Assembly (NCBI RefSeq): GCF_006345805.1
Contig: NC_043005.1
Span: 4,278,001-4,342,000 of the forward strand
Direction of reading: 5' to 3'
Length of the DNA stretch: 64,000 nt
Origin: Octopus sinensis
Lineage: Eukaryota
Below the pieces are notes generated by a model. That model saw only the letters and a list, made by a program, of their open reading frames with translations, was not told the DNA's origin and ran no database searches. Positions 53,209 to 64,000 of this stretch are shown here, piece after piece. Within the stretch, counting starts at the first letter, position 1. Each line of letters begins with the position of its first letter. A program made the translations under genes and the position numbers.

Positions 53209-53439
53209 TTAACCCTTTTTTTTTACTGTATTTCTGTTGAGATGCTTTGTGTTTCTTTCAATTAATTTTAAATATAACAGAGAATTTAGTAAAATAACTT
53301 AGTTATCATTCAGCTAGTGTTAGGAACATAAATTGTGACTTAGGTTTGGTGGAAGATTTTAATTCAATACTTATGGAAACAAGACATTTGTACTCAGAGC
53401 CAGAGCTGGTTTCAACTGGTTTGGTAACAAAAGGGTTAA
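53209..53439. mobile_element. piggyBac-type MITE
   Basis: TTAA|CCCTTT...AAAAGGG|TTAA. Other partial or diverged copies lie near 6000-6260, 6450-6665, 22210-22425, 31144-31360, 46705-46920, 60613-60826 and 63405. Confidence 0.85.
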
Positions 53440-53554
53440 TAAATATATTCACTTCTCATACTTCCTGATGTTTTATGATACATGTATGTATGTAAATGTA
53501 GTTTTTCATTGGTATATAACATTTTTATGTGATGTCTCTTATTTCTCTCTGCAG

Positions 53555-53632
53555 AGAGGACTCTCATCTGATGAACAATTGCTTTATAACGAATGGCTGT
53601 CCAAGGTGGAGATTGCCTATTCATTACTCACT
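53555..53632 (+). CDS. shot: Spectraplakin exon w12, phase 0-0
   Basis: ctctgcag|AGA...ACT|gtaagt; RGLSSDEQLLYNEWLSKVEIAYSLLT. Confidence 0.93.
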
Positions 53633-54868
53633 GTAAGTATTCTAAACCGTTTTTTTTTTGTGGCTACATATTGCTTTCTTCATGTGAATAGCTTCTTAAT
53701 GACTTGTTCAGTTGTCTGCCACAGAACACGGATTTAATTTTTATTCAACTTTCAAAATACAATGGAATATAAATCAGATTTATTTTCTTTTCCTTTTGTT
53801 GCCCTTCCTCAAAATGTCAGAATTAATATCTCCCCTCGCAGCACACCAATTTATCTTATTGACCTTACCAACTTTATCTCCGCTACTACTACAACCAACC
53901 TTTGCCTCTCATCTCTTCGGTTCTATACTAGTTCTACTTAAACATGAGCAGCAGCAGACATGCAATACATTTTGACTGGGGCACATTTAGTCAAAACGTG
54001 AGAAACCCTGACATGTTATGCAAATGAAGGTCCCTCTCTGAAACTGACACTTCTGCTTGAACTCTTAACCCCTGCGTTACACAGTTCCAGTTCTAATCCC
54101 TATAAAAACAGTTCTCTTAAGAATCTCTGTTTCTTAATCACACTAATAGACATTAGATACCAATGGTTTCTAATATGGCCACCACCCACTAGTGGAGTGT
54201 GCTACAATTATGTTGTGGCAGTAATATCAAATGAAAGTTGGTGGGATTAATAGAATCACGAGATAATCCAGTTGCACAGAATGTTTTCACCTCTTCCCTG
54301 ACCCACCCTATTTCTTTCAACCCCTCCCCCCTCTGAACTGATATTCATCATTGACCATGCTCCACCCATGTCCCCCATCCACAGCATTTACCTCTGACCC
54401 TATCTCTAACCATTTGTCACTTTCCTTTCATGCTCTTGCAAACCCACCCACCCAGCTTTGATTTTCTGCCCCTACTCTCTCTTATATTCACCTTCCTGTA
54501 CCTTGATGGTGTGTCCTGAAACTTCACCATCGACACCACTTTTTCCCCTTTCCAGTTAGGGTAACTGTGTATCTCCTCTACTGCAAGGCACCGGCTCCTG
54601 TCCCTCTATTATATTTTATCCTCTCAACACCTGGCACATTCTTGCTCAGCCAAGGAGCCATGCCTTGCAAGTTACTAGGGCACCTCATTAATGTTGGTAC
54701 CATGAAATAAGTGTCCACTACACCCTGCTAAGTGATTGGCAATTAGGAAGAGCATCCAGCCATAGGGACCCTGCCAGATGCAAGACATTGGGGAAAAGCA
54801 TGGGCCTCCAACATATTGAACCCTATCAAACAGTCTTACTCATGCAAGCATGGAAAAATGAGCAGATG

Positions 54869-54899
<31 letters not shown>

Positions 54900-54906
54900 A
54901 CACACA

Positions 54907-54949
<43 letters not shown>

Positions 54950-55302
54950 CAGACAGAGAGGTTTCTTTCAGTTTCCTCAACTATATTCACTCACAAAGTT
55001 TTGGTCAGCTCAGGTCTCTAAGGAAAGGTTCAAGCCAAGGTGTTATGCAGTGTGACTGCTTGGAACCACATGGATGGGATGCAAACATCTTAACAGCCAA
55101 AATCACCCTTCATATAATTTTATGCAAGATTTTTTTTTTAAAGTAAGATATTAAATTCCTCCAAATTCTTGAGTAAAACAATGTATTTTAGGAAAGTAAA
55201 TACATGAAAGAAATAATTAAAAAAAAAAAAATATAAAACAATTTTTAACCCTTTGCTCTTCAGGAAAAGTAACCAACTTTTTGGGGAATTCTCAGTAATA
55301 CA

Positions 55303-55573
55303 TTTCGTTTTTCGATTTGTTTGCAAGATTCTTTATATGAGTTCGTGTGTTGAAGCATATTCTGTTGTATCTGGGGAGAGTCATTTTCTTTTTGTGCCTT
55401 ATTATTTAACACACTCACCGGTAAAATTTCCACTTATTTTTCTTTTCCTAAGATTTTTGTTGCGTCTTGTACAGAGTCAAGACTATTGAAAATGTTACAA
55501 GATGCAATGAAAATTTTAGGAAAATAAAAATAAGTGGAAATTTTACTGGTGAGTGTGTTACATTATAAGGCAC
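55303..55573. mobile_element. Fold-back element, truncated, fused to the 18S fragment
   Basis: Inverted arms gtgccttattatttaacacactcaccggtaaaatttccactta / taagtggaaattttactggtgagtgtgttacattataaggcac; same family as 47102-47391. Confidence 0.8.
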
Positions 55574-55602
55574 TTCGTTCTCTCGAAACGTAACGTCGGT
55601 GA

Positions 55603-55790
55603 TACCTGGTTGATCCTGCCAGTAGTCATATGCTTGTCTCAAAGCTTAAGCCATGCAAGTGTAAGTTCATGCCGTAAACGAATGGTGAAACCGCGAATGG
55701 TTCAGGAACCGGACCTAATCCTCGGGACCGTATTCTTCCACCGCGAGGAGAGTGGATAACTGTGGCAATTCTAGAGCTAATACATGCAAC
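55603..55790 (+). pseudogene. 18S rRNA 5'-end fragment (about 190 nt), preceded by about 30 nt of probable 5' ETS
   Basis: TACCTGGTTGATCCTGCCAGTAGTCATATGCTTGTCTCAAAG(C)TTAAGCCATGC...GTGAAACCGCGAATGG...GGATAACTGTGGCAATTCTAGAGCTAATACATGC are universal SSU 5' motifs. The fragment is truncated and sits inside an intron. Confidence 0.95.
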
Positions 55791-56330
55791 CGAAGACTCA
55801 GTAATACAGTAAATCAGATTTCAAAGTATTCAGATGACTCTGTCAAATGTAATGCTTATATGTATTCACATCATTTTAAATAAATCCTGCTTTATTCCAT
55901 ATCTTTGAGATGTCAGTGACTGTTTATTTTTTTTAAATGACACTGTAGGGCAGGTGTGACAGGCCTGATCTGACGAGTTTCAAGATAAACCAGGTAGAAT
56001 ATTTTGGTCAGATATGGTCAGTTTGAATGCTAAAGGGTTAACCTCCAAATGAACATTGAGTAGCTGTGACCACACTTTAGTTTTAGGGGTTTCTAAAACA
56101 TTATCTAATGTGTTCTCTTTTGTTTATACAATAGGGTGTGGTTGAAGGGTAGTTTGGCTATTGTTTCTAACAGCTTAAGTGAACACATAGTAGCTCTCTC
56201 GACTTATTATTTTTTAATGCTTTTCTGGTCTCTTTATTACATGCTGTGCATTAAATCGTAGACCGACCTTTGTCAGCCATTTTAATATCAATATTTGAAT
56301 ATTTTCTTTTTTTTCTCCTTTTCTCTCTAG

Positions 56331-56492
56331 AATACTTCAAGTAGACGCATGAATTGCTTGGAAACTTTATATGAATTCTTACAAGCGGCTTCTGCTGAAA
56401 TGTTCTGGCTCCGTAGCAAGGAAAACGAAACGATCAGCCGGGACTGGAGTAAACCGGAACACAATATTCCAGATAAAGACGACATTTTTCAG
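56331..56492 (+). CDS. shot: Spectraplakin exon w13, phase 0-0
   Basis: ctctctag|AAT...CAG|gtgata; NTSSRRMNCLETLYEFLQAASAEMFWLRSKENETISRDWSKPEHNIPDKDDIFQ, with the plakin motifs L..F.QAA..E..WL and RDWS. Confidence 0.95.
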
Positions 56493-57051
56493 GTGATAAT
56501 TTGTTGGTGTTTTTTTTTATTTCTTTATTTTGTTCATTATTGATATAAATCAAATGTTTCACTGCTAAATGCTATAAAGGTACACAAGGTGTGGCTGAGA
56601 AGCCCACCTTTTCCACACTCATTGCTGTGGCTCAGGTGAAGTTAAGCAGGTGTTAGTGGTGTCTTATGGAGCCAATGTTCCACTAGTTTCTACCGTTTCT
56701 TTCCAGTTACCATTTTGGTTTGGACTTGTGCACATTGTGTGTTTGCTGTTGAAATGATTGCCAACCTGTGCAAAGTTTTTAATGTCAAATGAAAGGAGAC
56801 AACAAAGCCAAGGCTGTGTGGAGTTTTCAGGACATTTATAAAGAGAAAATTAGTCTTAAACTGCTGTTTCTGGGACATTAGGGATATCCCTTCATCAGAG
56901 ACGATGTGAGATGGTTAACTAGAGGGAAATATTAGAGTTCAATATAAGGAGTTATTTTGGAAAAGGAAACAAATAAGGAGTATACAGGGAAATAGAAGAA
57001 TGAATGTTGAAATACTTGCCACCTTGGGTCTTCTGGATACCAATACCTCTC

Positions 57052-57082
<31 letters not shown>

Positions 57083-57487
57083 TGCATGTATGGGTGCAGG
57101 ACATGACCAAGGGTGCAAATAACATGAAATACATAAACGAGGGAAAAAAGAGTGAAATACCTGAGAAATAAATGAGAAAAAAATGGAAAACAAGAGAAGT
57201 TAGCAGAAAGAAAGGACCCTTCATCAGTTGTCTCCTCATTTTGAGTGGTGGAACAAAGAGGATAGCCAGAACTCAGTACATGAATATATATTGTTTTTTA
57301 ATTGGCAGAAAATAATGAAAGTGACTCGCAGACTAAGAGTTTGCTAAGTTCCATCCACGAAACTCTTGGCTCTCAAGTCACTTTTGTAACTTTCTGTTGG
57401 GGATTTTCAGGCAGATGTTTCATATCACAATCTCTGGGTTACCATCTGTCTGACAACCTGAGCTTAATAGGGTAAACCTCAGGGAAT

Positions 57488-57533
<46 letters not shown>

Positions 57534-58759
57534 GTGTGTGTGTGCACACACATTTCTTTCTATTTTCCAGATTCATTCTCACTTTCCTTCTTCCTCCATA
57601 ATCTTTCTTCATAATCTCTACTTTTTTTTACTCAGTTCTTTATATTTTCCTAATAATATTAGCAATTGTATTTCTGTGACCTTTTTTTATTTATTTCAAC
57701 ATATTTCTCTGTTTTTTATTAATTTTTTCTTTATTTTGATGTTAGTCATTAGAACTACCAATGTAAGATGAACTTATGCCTCTTTCCTGTCTTTAAAATC
57801 TTTCCTGTTAAAAATCACTAATATCATTCTCTTTACATTTACATCTTTGAATTCATAACTTTCTGCATATTATATTAGATCTTTGGTCTTTCCATGCATG
57901 AAGCATGGAAAAATTCCAAGTTTCCAAATCCGAACCATTATTTCTTCAGATTTTACATAGATAGCTTTCAAAACGTTAAACCAGGGAAATATTCTTCCTT
58001 AATTTAATTCCTGTTAACATTTAAACCTGAAAACAATTTTTTCTTGGGAAACATTTTTAAGATAGCAGCTTGGATTTTACTTTCAGGATTTCTGGCCAAA
58101 AAGGAAGGTTTGTTGATTCTACCCAAATTGCACCATTCGACTAACATCTTGTGTAGTTGTCATGTTTATTCAGTCAATACTAATGGAATAGCAATGTTTT
58201 TACAAAATTTTGTTGGCGGTGGCCGCTTGAAGACCAAAAATTTAAGAACAACAGCAACAGTTTATGATAACGAATGTCATTTCTGGCTGTTTATTTATAT
58301 ATTTTTTTTTAATTAAGATATTCTTTTCCAGTGGAAAAAGATCTAGAAAAACAATTAACCTGCTTCTTTTAGCTTTTGACATCAACTAAAACCTTCATCT
58401 ACATTTTCTTTGTTAATTTTTCTCAAATGCTTTTATTGTTTGTTTGGTTTTTTTTACAATGTTTAAGTTTCCAATGAAGGCCTTGCTGGTTTCTTCTACA
58501 TTTGGATTGCTTTTAGTGAGATCATTTGCATTCAGTTGTTGTTGTTGTTATGGTGATGAGCTGACAGAATCATTAGCACCTCAGACAAAATGCTTAATGG
58601 CATTTCTTGCAGCTGTTTATGTTCTGAGCTCAAATCCTACCAAATCTACTTTGCCTTTCATCCTTTCTGGGGTTCATAAAATAAAGTACCCCTTAAATAC
58701 TGAGGTCCTTGGCATTGATGAAGCCTGAAAGTTGCTGGCCTTGTGCCTAAATCAGCAAC

Positions 58760-58795
<36 letters not shown>

Positions 58796-61700
58796 GGCAG
58801 TGAGCTGGCAGAATTGTTAGCTGTTTTCTTAACAGCACTTTGTCTTTACATTCTGAGTTCAAATTCCACCTAGGTAGACTTTGCTTTTCACTCCTTCAGG
58901 GTTGATCAAATAAGTATCAGTTAAGCAATTGACTTGCCCTCTTTCCCCTAAATTGCTGGTCTTGGGCCAAAATTAGAAATTATTATTAATTATATCAAAT
59001 CACAATCAAATGGAATTGTAGTTGTGGCCAGTGCCAGTGCCACCTGACTGTCTCCCATGCTGGTGGCATGAAATAAGTACCATGCATGCATGGGTTATTG
59101 CCAGTGCCACCTGACTGGCTCCCGTGCTGGTGGCATGTAAAAAGCACCATCCAAACATGGTTGATACCAGCCCCCAGTACCCCTCCCTCGCCTGGCTCCC
59201 GTGCCAGTAGCACATAAAAAGCACCCACTACACTCCCGGAGTGGTTGGCATTAGGAAGGTTATCCAGCTGTAGAAACACTACCAGATCAGTCAAACCGTC
59301 CAACCCATGCCAGCATGGAAAGCGGATGTTAAACAATGATGATAATGATTACTAGGGCAAAAAACTGGCACAATTGTTGGTGCATTGGACAAAATGTAGA
59401 GCAGTATTTGTTTTGGCTCTTCACATTCTGGGTACAAGTGCCATTGAGGTCAGTGTACCTTTACATCCTTTCAGAGTTGATACGATAAAGTACCAGTCAG
59501 GTACTGGGGTCGATACAGTTGACTTGTCCCCTACCCTCAAAATTACTGGCCTTGTATCAAAATTAGAAATTATAATTTTTTTAATTGCATGCCTCGTCAT
59601 GAAATATCTGCAACCATGGCTTGTTCCTTTTTGTTTTTGGATGGTCCCACTAAGCAGATTGAACCCACTTACCTGAAAGTTTTCTCAGAATCCCTACACT
59701 TTTCTGTAATCTGTTTTACTCTGTGTGGCCTCTGGATTGAAACCTGTTTTCTGGAGGAGATAACAGGGGTTTCTAACCAGGATCAGTGGCTTGATATACT
59801 GTAATTATTCAACAAGGAATGTTTTGAGATGACTTTTGCTACACACCCTGTTTGGCTGGTTTAATTGCTTCCAAGAGAGTCGCAGCTAACGAAGTTGAAA
59901 GCATGCTAAAAGTTTGAAGTTTATTGTTCTCTCCTTGGCAGACACTCAACTCTCAACTCTCCCTCGCTCTGTCCTTAGTGTAGATCTTGAGTGGATGCTG
60001 TGTTCTCCAGTGGGAATGTAATCAATGAGAAATGCTGTATAATAACTGTTGTGTAATTAGTTCAGTGATGGGTTTAGGAGTTAATTATCAGAATGTGGAC
60101 AAGTATTGAAAGTAAATAACAATGTCCCAAACGTGTAAATTTCGTGGTTCCATGCCTTCTGTGAGAGGAATTAATGGTCATGGGGTTAAGATGGTTGCTT
60201 TGTAAACACTGAGTTCTGGATTCAATTCCAATGCATGGTACCTTGGGCAAGTGTTTTCATATACAGCCTTGGATTGCCCTAAGCCTTGCAAATGAACGGA
60301 TTGGAAACTGTGCATAAGCCCAGTTGATGACACACTTAAATCTTTACCTGGTTTATCACCATCACTTAGCTTTTGGGTGTCTGAAGTGTAGTCCACTCTG
60401 TTGCAAGTATCCAAACCATTTTATTGGCTTCAGACATTGCTCGGTATTTAAAGTACTACTTCTGACCATTTTAACCCATCAACTGCAGTTCCTTCTCCTT
60501 CCACCAATCTTGAATTCCTGGAAGAAGATCATGGTTGCTTTCCTTCCACTTCTCACTGAATCTCTAAAAGTAAATATCAAAACGTTCAAGTTAATAGACA
60601 GACAGACAGACTTTTATCCCTTTTAAGATATTTCTGTTGAAATGCACTGCCTTTGTCTCAGTTAATTTTAAAACTAATGAAGAATTAATTAAAATACCTA
60701 TCATTATTAAGCTGTTGTTTGGAACATAAATTAACATCAAATTCAGCAGTTATAAATCATTTTAAAACAAGAAGTTTGTATTAAAACCAGAGATAATTTC
60801 AGGCAGGTTGGTATCAAAAGGGTTAAATCTCTGAATGTTTACTAATTTCTGTTCAGTATTTTATAACTTAACTGGTTTATTCAACATGATTTTAGTGTTG
60901 TGTCATATTAAAATAAAATTGGAAATTTTAGTTGGTGAAGTTATATATTACTCTTCATTTAGTGCATGATTTAATGACTTACTAACGAGACTAGACTGAA
61001 TATTATTTAAAAGCAAAGAAATAGACCATTTTTCTTGGAACTTGTTCTATAAATCTGAGTGTTTATAATTAATAACACTGAAGAGATTGTCTTGGTAACA
61101 TAACTGAGCTAATAAAAATTATCAAAAATCTAATAATTAATACCAAGTTTGAAGTTGTGGCACCAATGGATTGTCAGACTCATTAGGGTGTTGCTTTAGA
61201 CAGACAAAATGCTTATATTCTGATATCAAAGACTGTTGGTGTCAAGTACTTGGCTTGAGGAATTCGTCTGACCCTGTCCCTCTTGAAATTAGTGGTCTTG
61301 TGGCTAAATTAGAAACAATGTTAATTGAAGTTAATTTAAAATGATAAAGGTTGGTTTTTTGTTATTGTTTTTATGTCATTTTTTTTTTTATCAAACTTCT
61401 TTTGCTTTAAAAAGATTTGAGATCTTGTAGTATAGTGAATAAAGCTTGCACATGCACTATATATATACACATATATACAAACGTATTATTGACTGTAGTT
61501 GTTAGGGATTTGCTTTGGTACAAGTGCATTCATTTTCATTATTCATTATCCCCACAACTGCAAGATGAAGCTTAAGCCTTGGGTTCTTGGTGCTATTATT
61601 TGAATTTTGGCTAAATTTAAGACTGGTATTTCCTTTTTCTCTTTTTACAGCATTGACGCCATTCAATGAATGGCTTTTATCAATATTTTGTTTATCAGGC

Positions 61701-62004
61701 TCAAGGCCTCGTTAGAGGAAGAGTGTTTAGTTGATGTAATTGGATCCTGTATTATACTGACCTTGCAACTCGTCCATCATGGGCTACATTCTCCTTCAGT
61801 TACTTTGATGATCCTGTTCAGCCTGTTTCATCCTGATCTGCAACTTTGTTTAGTCACGCTCATCAAATCCTCATTCTGATATGATTTACATTCAGTAGAA
61901 CCTCGCACATAGTAACAGTCAAAGTTGGAAGCTCTGTGTAGTCTAAACTGGATTCATAAAAAATTTCTGAAATCATTTCATGTAAATAAAGTCCCAATCA
62001 ATCA

Positions 62005-62374
62005 TTTACTCTTTTACTTATTTCAGTCATTTAACTGTGGCCATGCTGGAGCACCACCTTTAGTCGAGCAAATCGACCCCAGGACTTATTCTTTATAAGC
62101 CTAGTACTTATTCTATCGGTCTCTTTTGCCAAACCGCTAAGTTACACACCAGCATCGGTTGTCAAGCGATGTTGGGGGGACAAACACATACATAAATATA
62201 TACATATATACGACAGGCTTCTTTCAGTTTCCGTCTACCAAATCCACTCACAAGGCTTTGGTTGGCCTGAGGCTATAGTAGAAGACACTTGCCCAAGGTG
62301 TCACACAGTGGGACTGAACCTGGAACCATGTGGTTGGTAAGCAAGCTACTTACCACACAGCCAATCCTGTGCCT
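62005..62374 (-). mobile_element. tRNA-derived SINE family A, full length
   Basis: On the minus strand, head ggctgtgtggtaagtagcttgc...ggttccaggttcagtccc (A/B-box-like), internal (TA/TG)n and tail ...agcatggccacagttaaatgactgaaat. Confidence 0.85.
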
Positions 62375-63560
62375 TATACTGTTAATTTTTCCTTAAATAA
62401 GTTTTGATATTTTGAAATATTGAAATCAACAGATTATTATCTGTTGGAAAGGATTGCTTCCAGAAGAAAAGGACAAAAAAATGGAAGAAATGGTAGCTGA
62501 GAATCACCATTAGAGTAAAGTGCAACATTGACCAACTCAATATGGCTCATTATCTTTTGTCAATTTAATTTGCGACTTCTATTTGAATATTCATTCGCTT
62601 TTAACAAGTTTATTTTCAGCCATCAGCTATTTTCATTTGCACCTTGAAAAACTCGATTCCACATTGTTATAATTTCTTGATCTGTAATAATTTAGTGAGT
62701 TGTCCATAATAACATAGTGAGTTGCTGGTACAACAGATATTGGCAAATCTTGATTTCAGTTCCGTTACAGCTCCATGTTCTAAGCCTGTTATTCTGATGC
62801 TCAGATTTTACTCAAGACCTCTTCCTTTTCATTGTTCTGTGTGTCAATGAAACTAATTCTCATCACAAAGACTGGAAATGTTAGCTGCAAAAAGGGAATT
62901 TAGATAAGCAATTTTGGCATTGTGTTGCTCAACCGACTGCTTCCATGCTTGAATGTTGCCTGATCCTAGTATGATTATCAATGTCGTTTTAACAGATTGT
63001 TGGAATTAAAGTTTCTTCAAACTAATTTTAAATGATTTATAATGAAGGACCATTTATTAATATCTCTTTTTATTTTATATTTTTTGTTTATTTTATTTTA
63101 TTTTATTTATTTGTTTGTTCCAAATTTATTGCATTTTGAACTTTAACTCCACAAATTTTGATGGAAACCATTTTTATATAAGAATTTTTGATTGATAAAC
63201 CTTTTCATTTGAGAATATTCTGGTAACTCCATATATTTATGTGTGTGTGTGTAGATGTGTGTGTCAGTGCTGACATGACATAAGCTCACAAATACAAAAA
63301 TCTATATGAACCCCAACACACACATATCCTGCCAGCAGCAGTCAGTGGGAGCCACTTAAGGGTCAGGCTAGATAAAGACAATAGCAGAACAGCACTTCAT
63401 TGATTTAACCCTTTTATTACCATATTTCTGTTAAAATACATTTCAATTAATTTTGAAAGTAATTAAATATTTCGTAAAATAACTTTGACATCTTCAATTA
63501 AAAATAATTTGAAAGAAGCTCTGCATGTATGTAGGTGTTTGTGTAGATAAGTATGTGTAC

Positions 63561-63924
63561 GTGTGGTAAGTAGCTTGCTTATGAACCACATGGTTCCAGG
63601 TTCAGTCCCACTGCATGGCACCTTGGGCAAGTGTCTTCTACTATAGCCTCGGACCGACCAAAGCCTTGTGAGTGGATTTGGTAGACAGAAACTGAAAGAA
63701 GCCCGTCATACATATGTATATGTGTGTGTGTGTGTGTCTGTGTTTGTCCCCTCAACATCGCTTGACAACTGATCCTGGTGTGTTTACGTCCCTGTAACTT
63801 AGCAGTTCGGCAAAAGAGACCGATAAAATAGGTACTAGCCTTACAAAGAATAAGTCCTGGGGTCGATTTTCTCGACTAAAGGCAGTGCTTCAGCATGGCC
63901 ACAGTCAAATGACTAAAATAAGTA
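63561..63924 (+). mobile_element. tRNA-derived SINE family A, full length
   Basis: Same sequence as 62005-62374 in the opposite orientation. Confidence 0.85.
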
Positions 63925-64000
63925 CACATACACACACACACACACATTTGTACATAAGAGGTATTTTCCTGTTCTTTTTCTGTCTTGCAAGTTTACATGG

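Larger units (their letters stand above)
2897..56492 (+). other. shot: Spectraplakin (shot/dystonin/MACF1/plectin family) gene, partial: 13 coding exons, CH1 end-CH2-plakin domain
   Basis: Thirteen exons with AG/GT boundaries and compatible phases splice into an uninterrupted 554-codon frame. [31 protein letters not shown]|ISDVVV matches the plectin/dystonin/MACF1/Shot actin-binding domain, followed by plakin-type spectrin repeats. No start or stop codon of the main isoform lies in the window. Confidence 0.95.

Noticed and set aside
55603-55790. Functional 18S rRNA gene
   Set aside because: Only about 190 nt are present, inside an intron and within a TSD-bounded insertion; reported as a pseudogene fragment.
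60489-60569. Possible 81-nt phase 0-0 cassette exon (FLLLPPILNSWKKIMVAFLPLLTESLK)
   Set aside because: Weak pyrimidine tract and no resemblance to the expected plakin repeat; such AG-GT pairs arise easily by chance.
61670-61879. 69-aa ORF as the next spectraplakin exon
   Set aside because: Not in phase with the 61650 acceptor and not spectrin-like.
56493-64000. Continuation exon of the plakin domain
   Set aside because: No phase-0 acceptor followed by spectrin-like sequence was found; it presumably lies beyond the window.

Overview
This is repeat-rich animal genomic DNA, probably from an octopod cephalopod (inferred from the SINE/MITE families and the divergent 18S fragment). The whole window lies inside one + strand gene, a spectraplakin (Drosophila shot / vertebrate DST-MACF1-plectin family). 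Thirteen GT-AG coding exons (2897-56492) join in frame into 554 codons covering the end of CH1, CH2 and the first plakin-domain spectrin repeats. The gene starts upstream of the window and continues beyond it. The 37.4-kb intron between CH1 and CH2 (2990-40380) contains several candidate alternative first exons with phase-0 donors. The best is 35039-35368, whose N-terminus resembles a mitochondrial presequence. The introns also hold HERO/RLE, RTE and CR1 LINE remnants, a Helitron helicase remnant, three or more SINE families, piggyBac-type TTAA MITEs, fold-back elements and microsatellites. A chimeric insertion of a fold-back element plus the 5' end of 18S rRNA is bounded by a perfect 12-bp target-site duplication. 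Repeat boundaries are approximate and were read by eye; exon boundaries were counted base by base.
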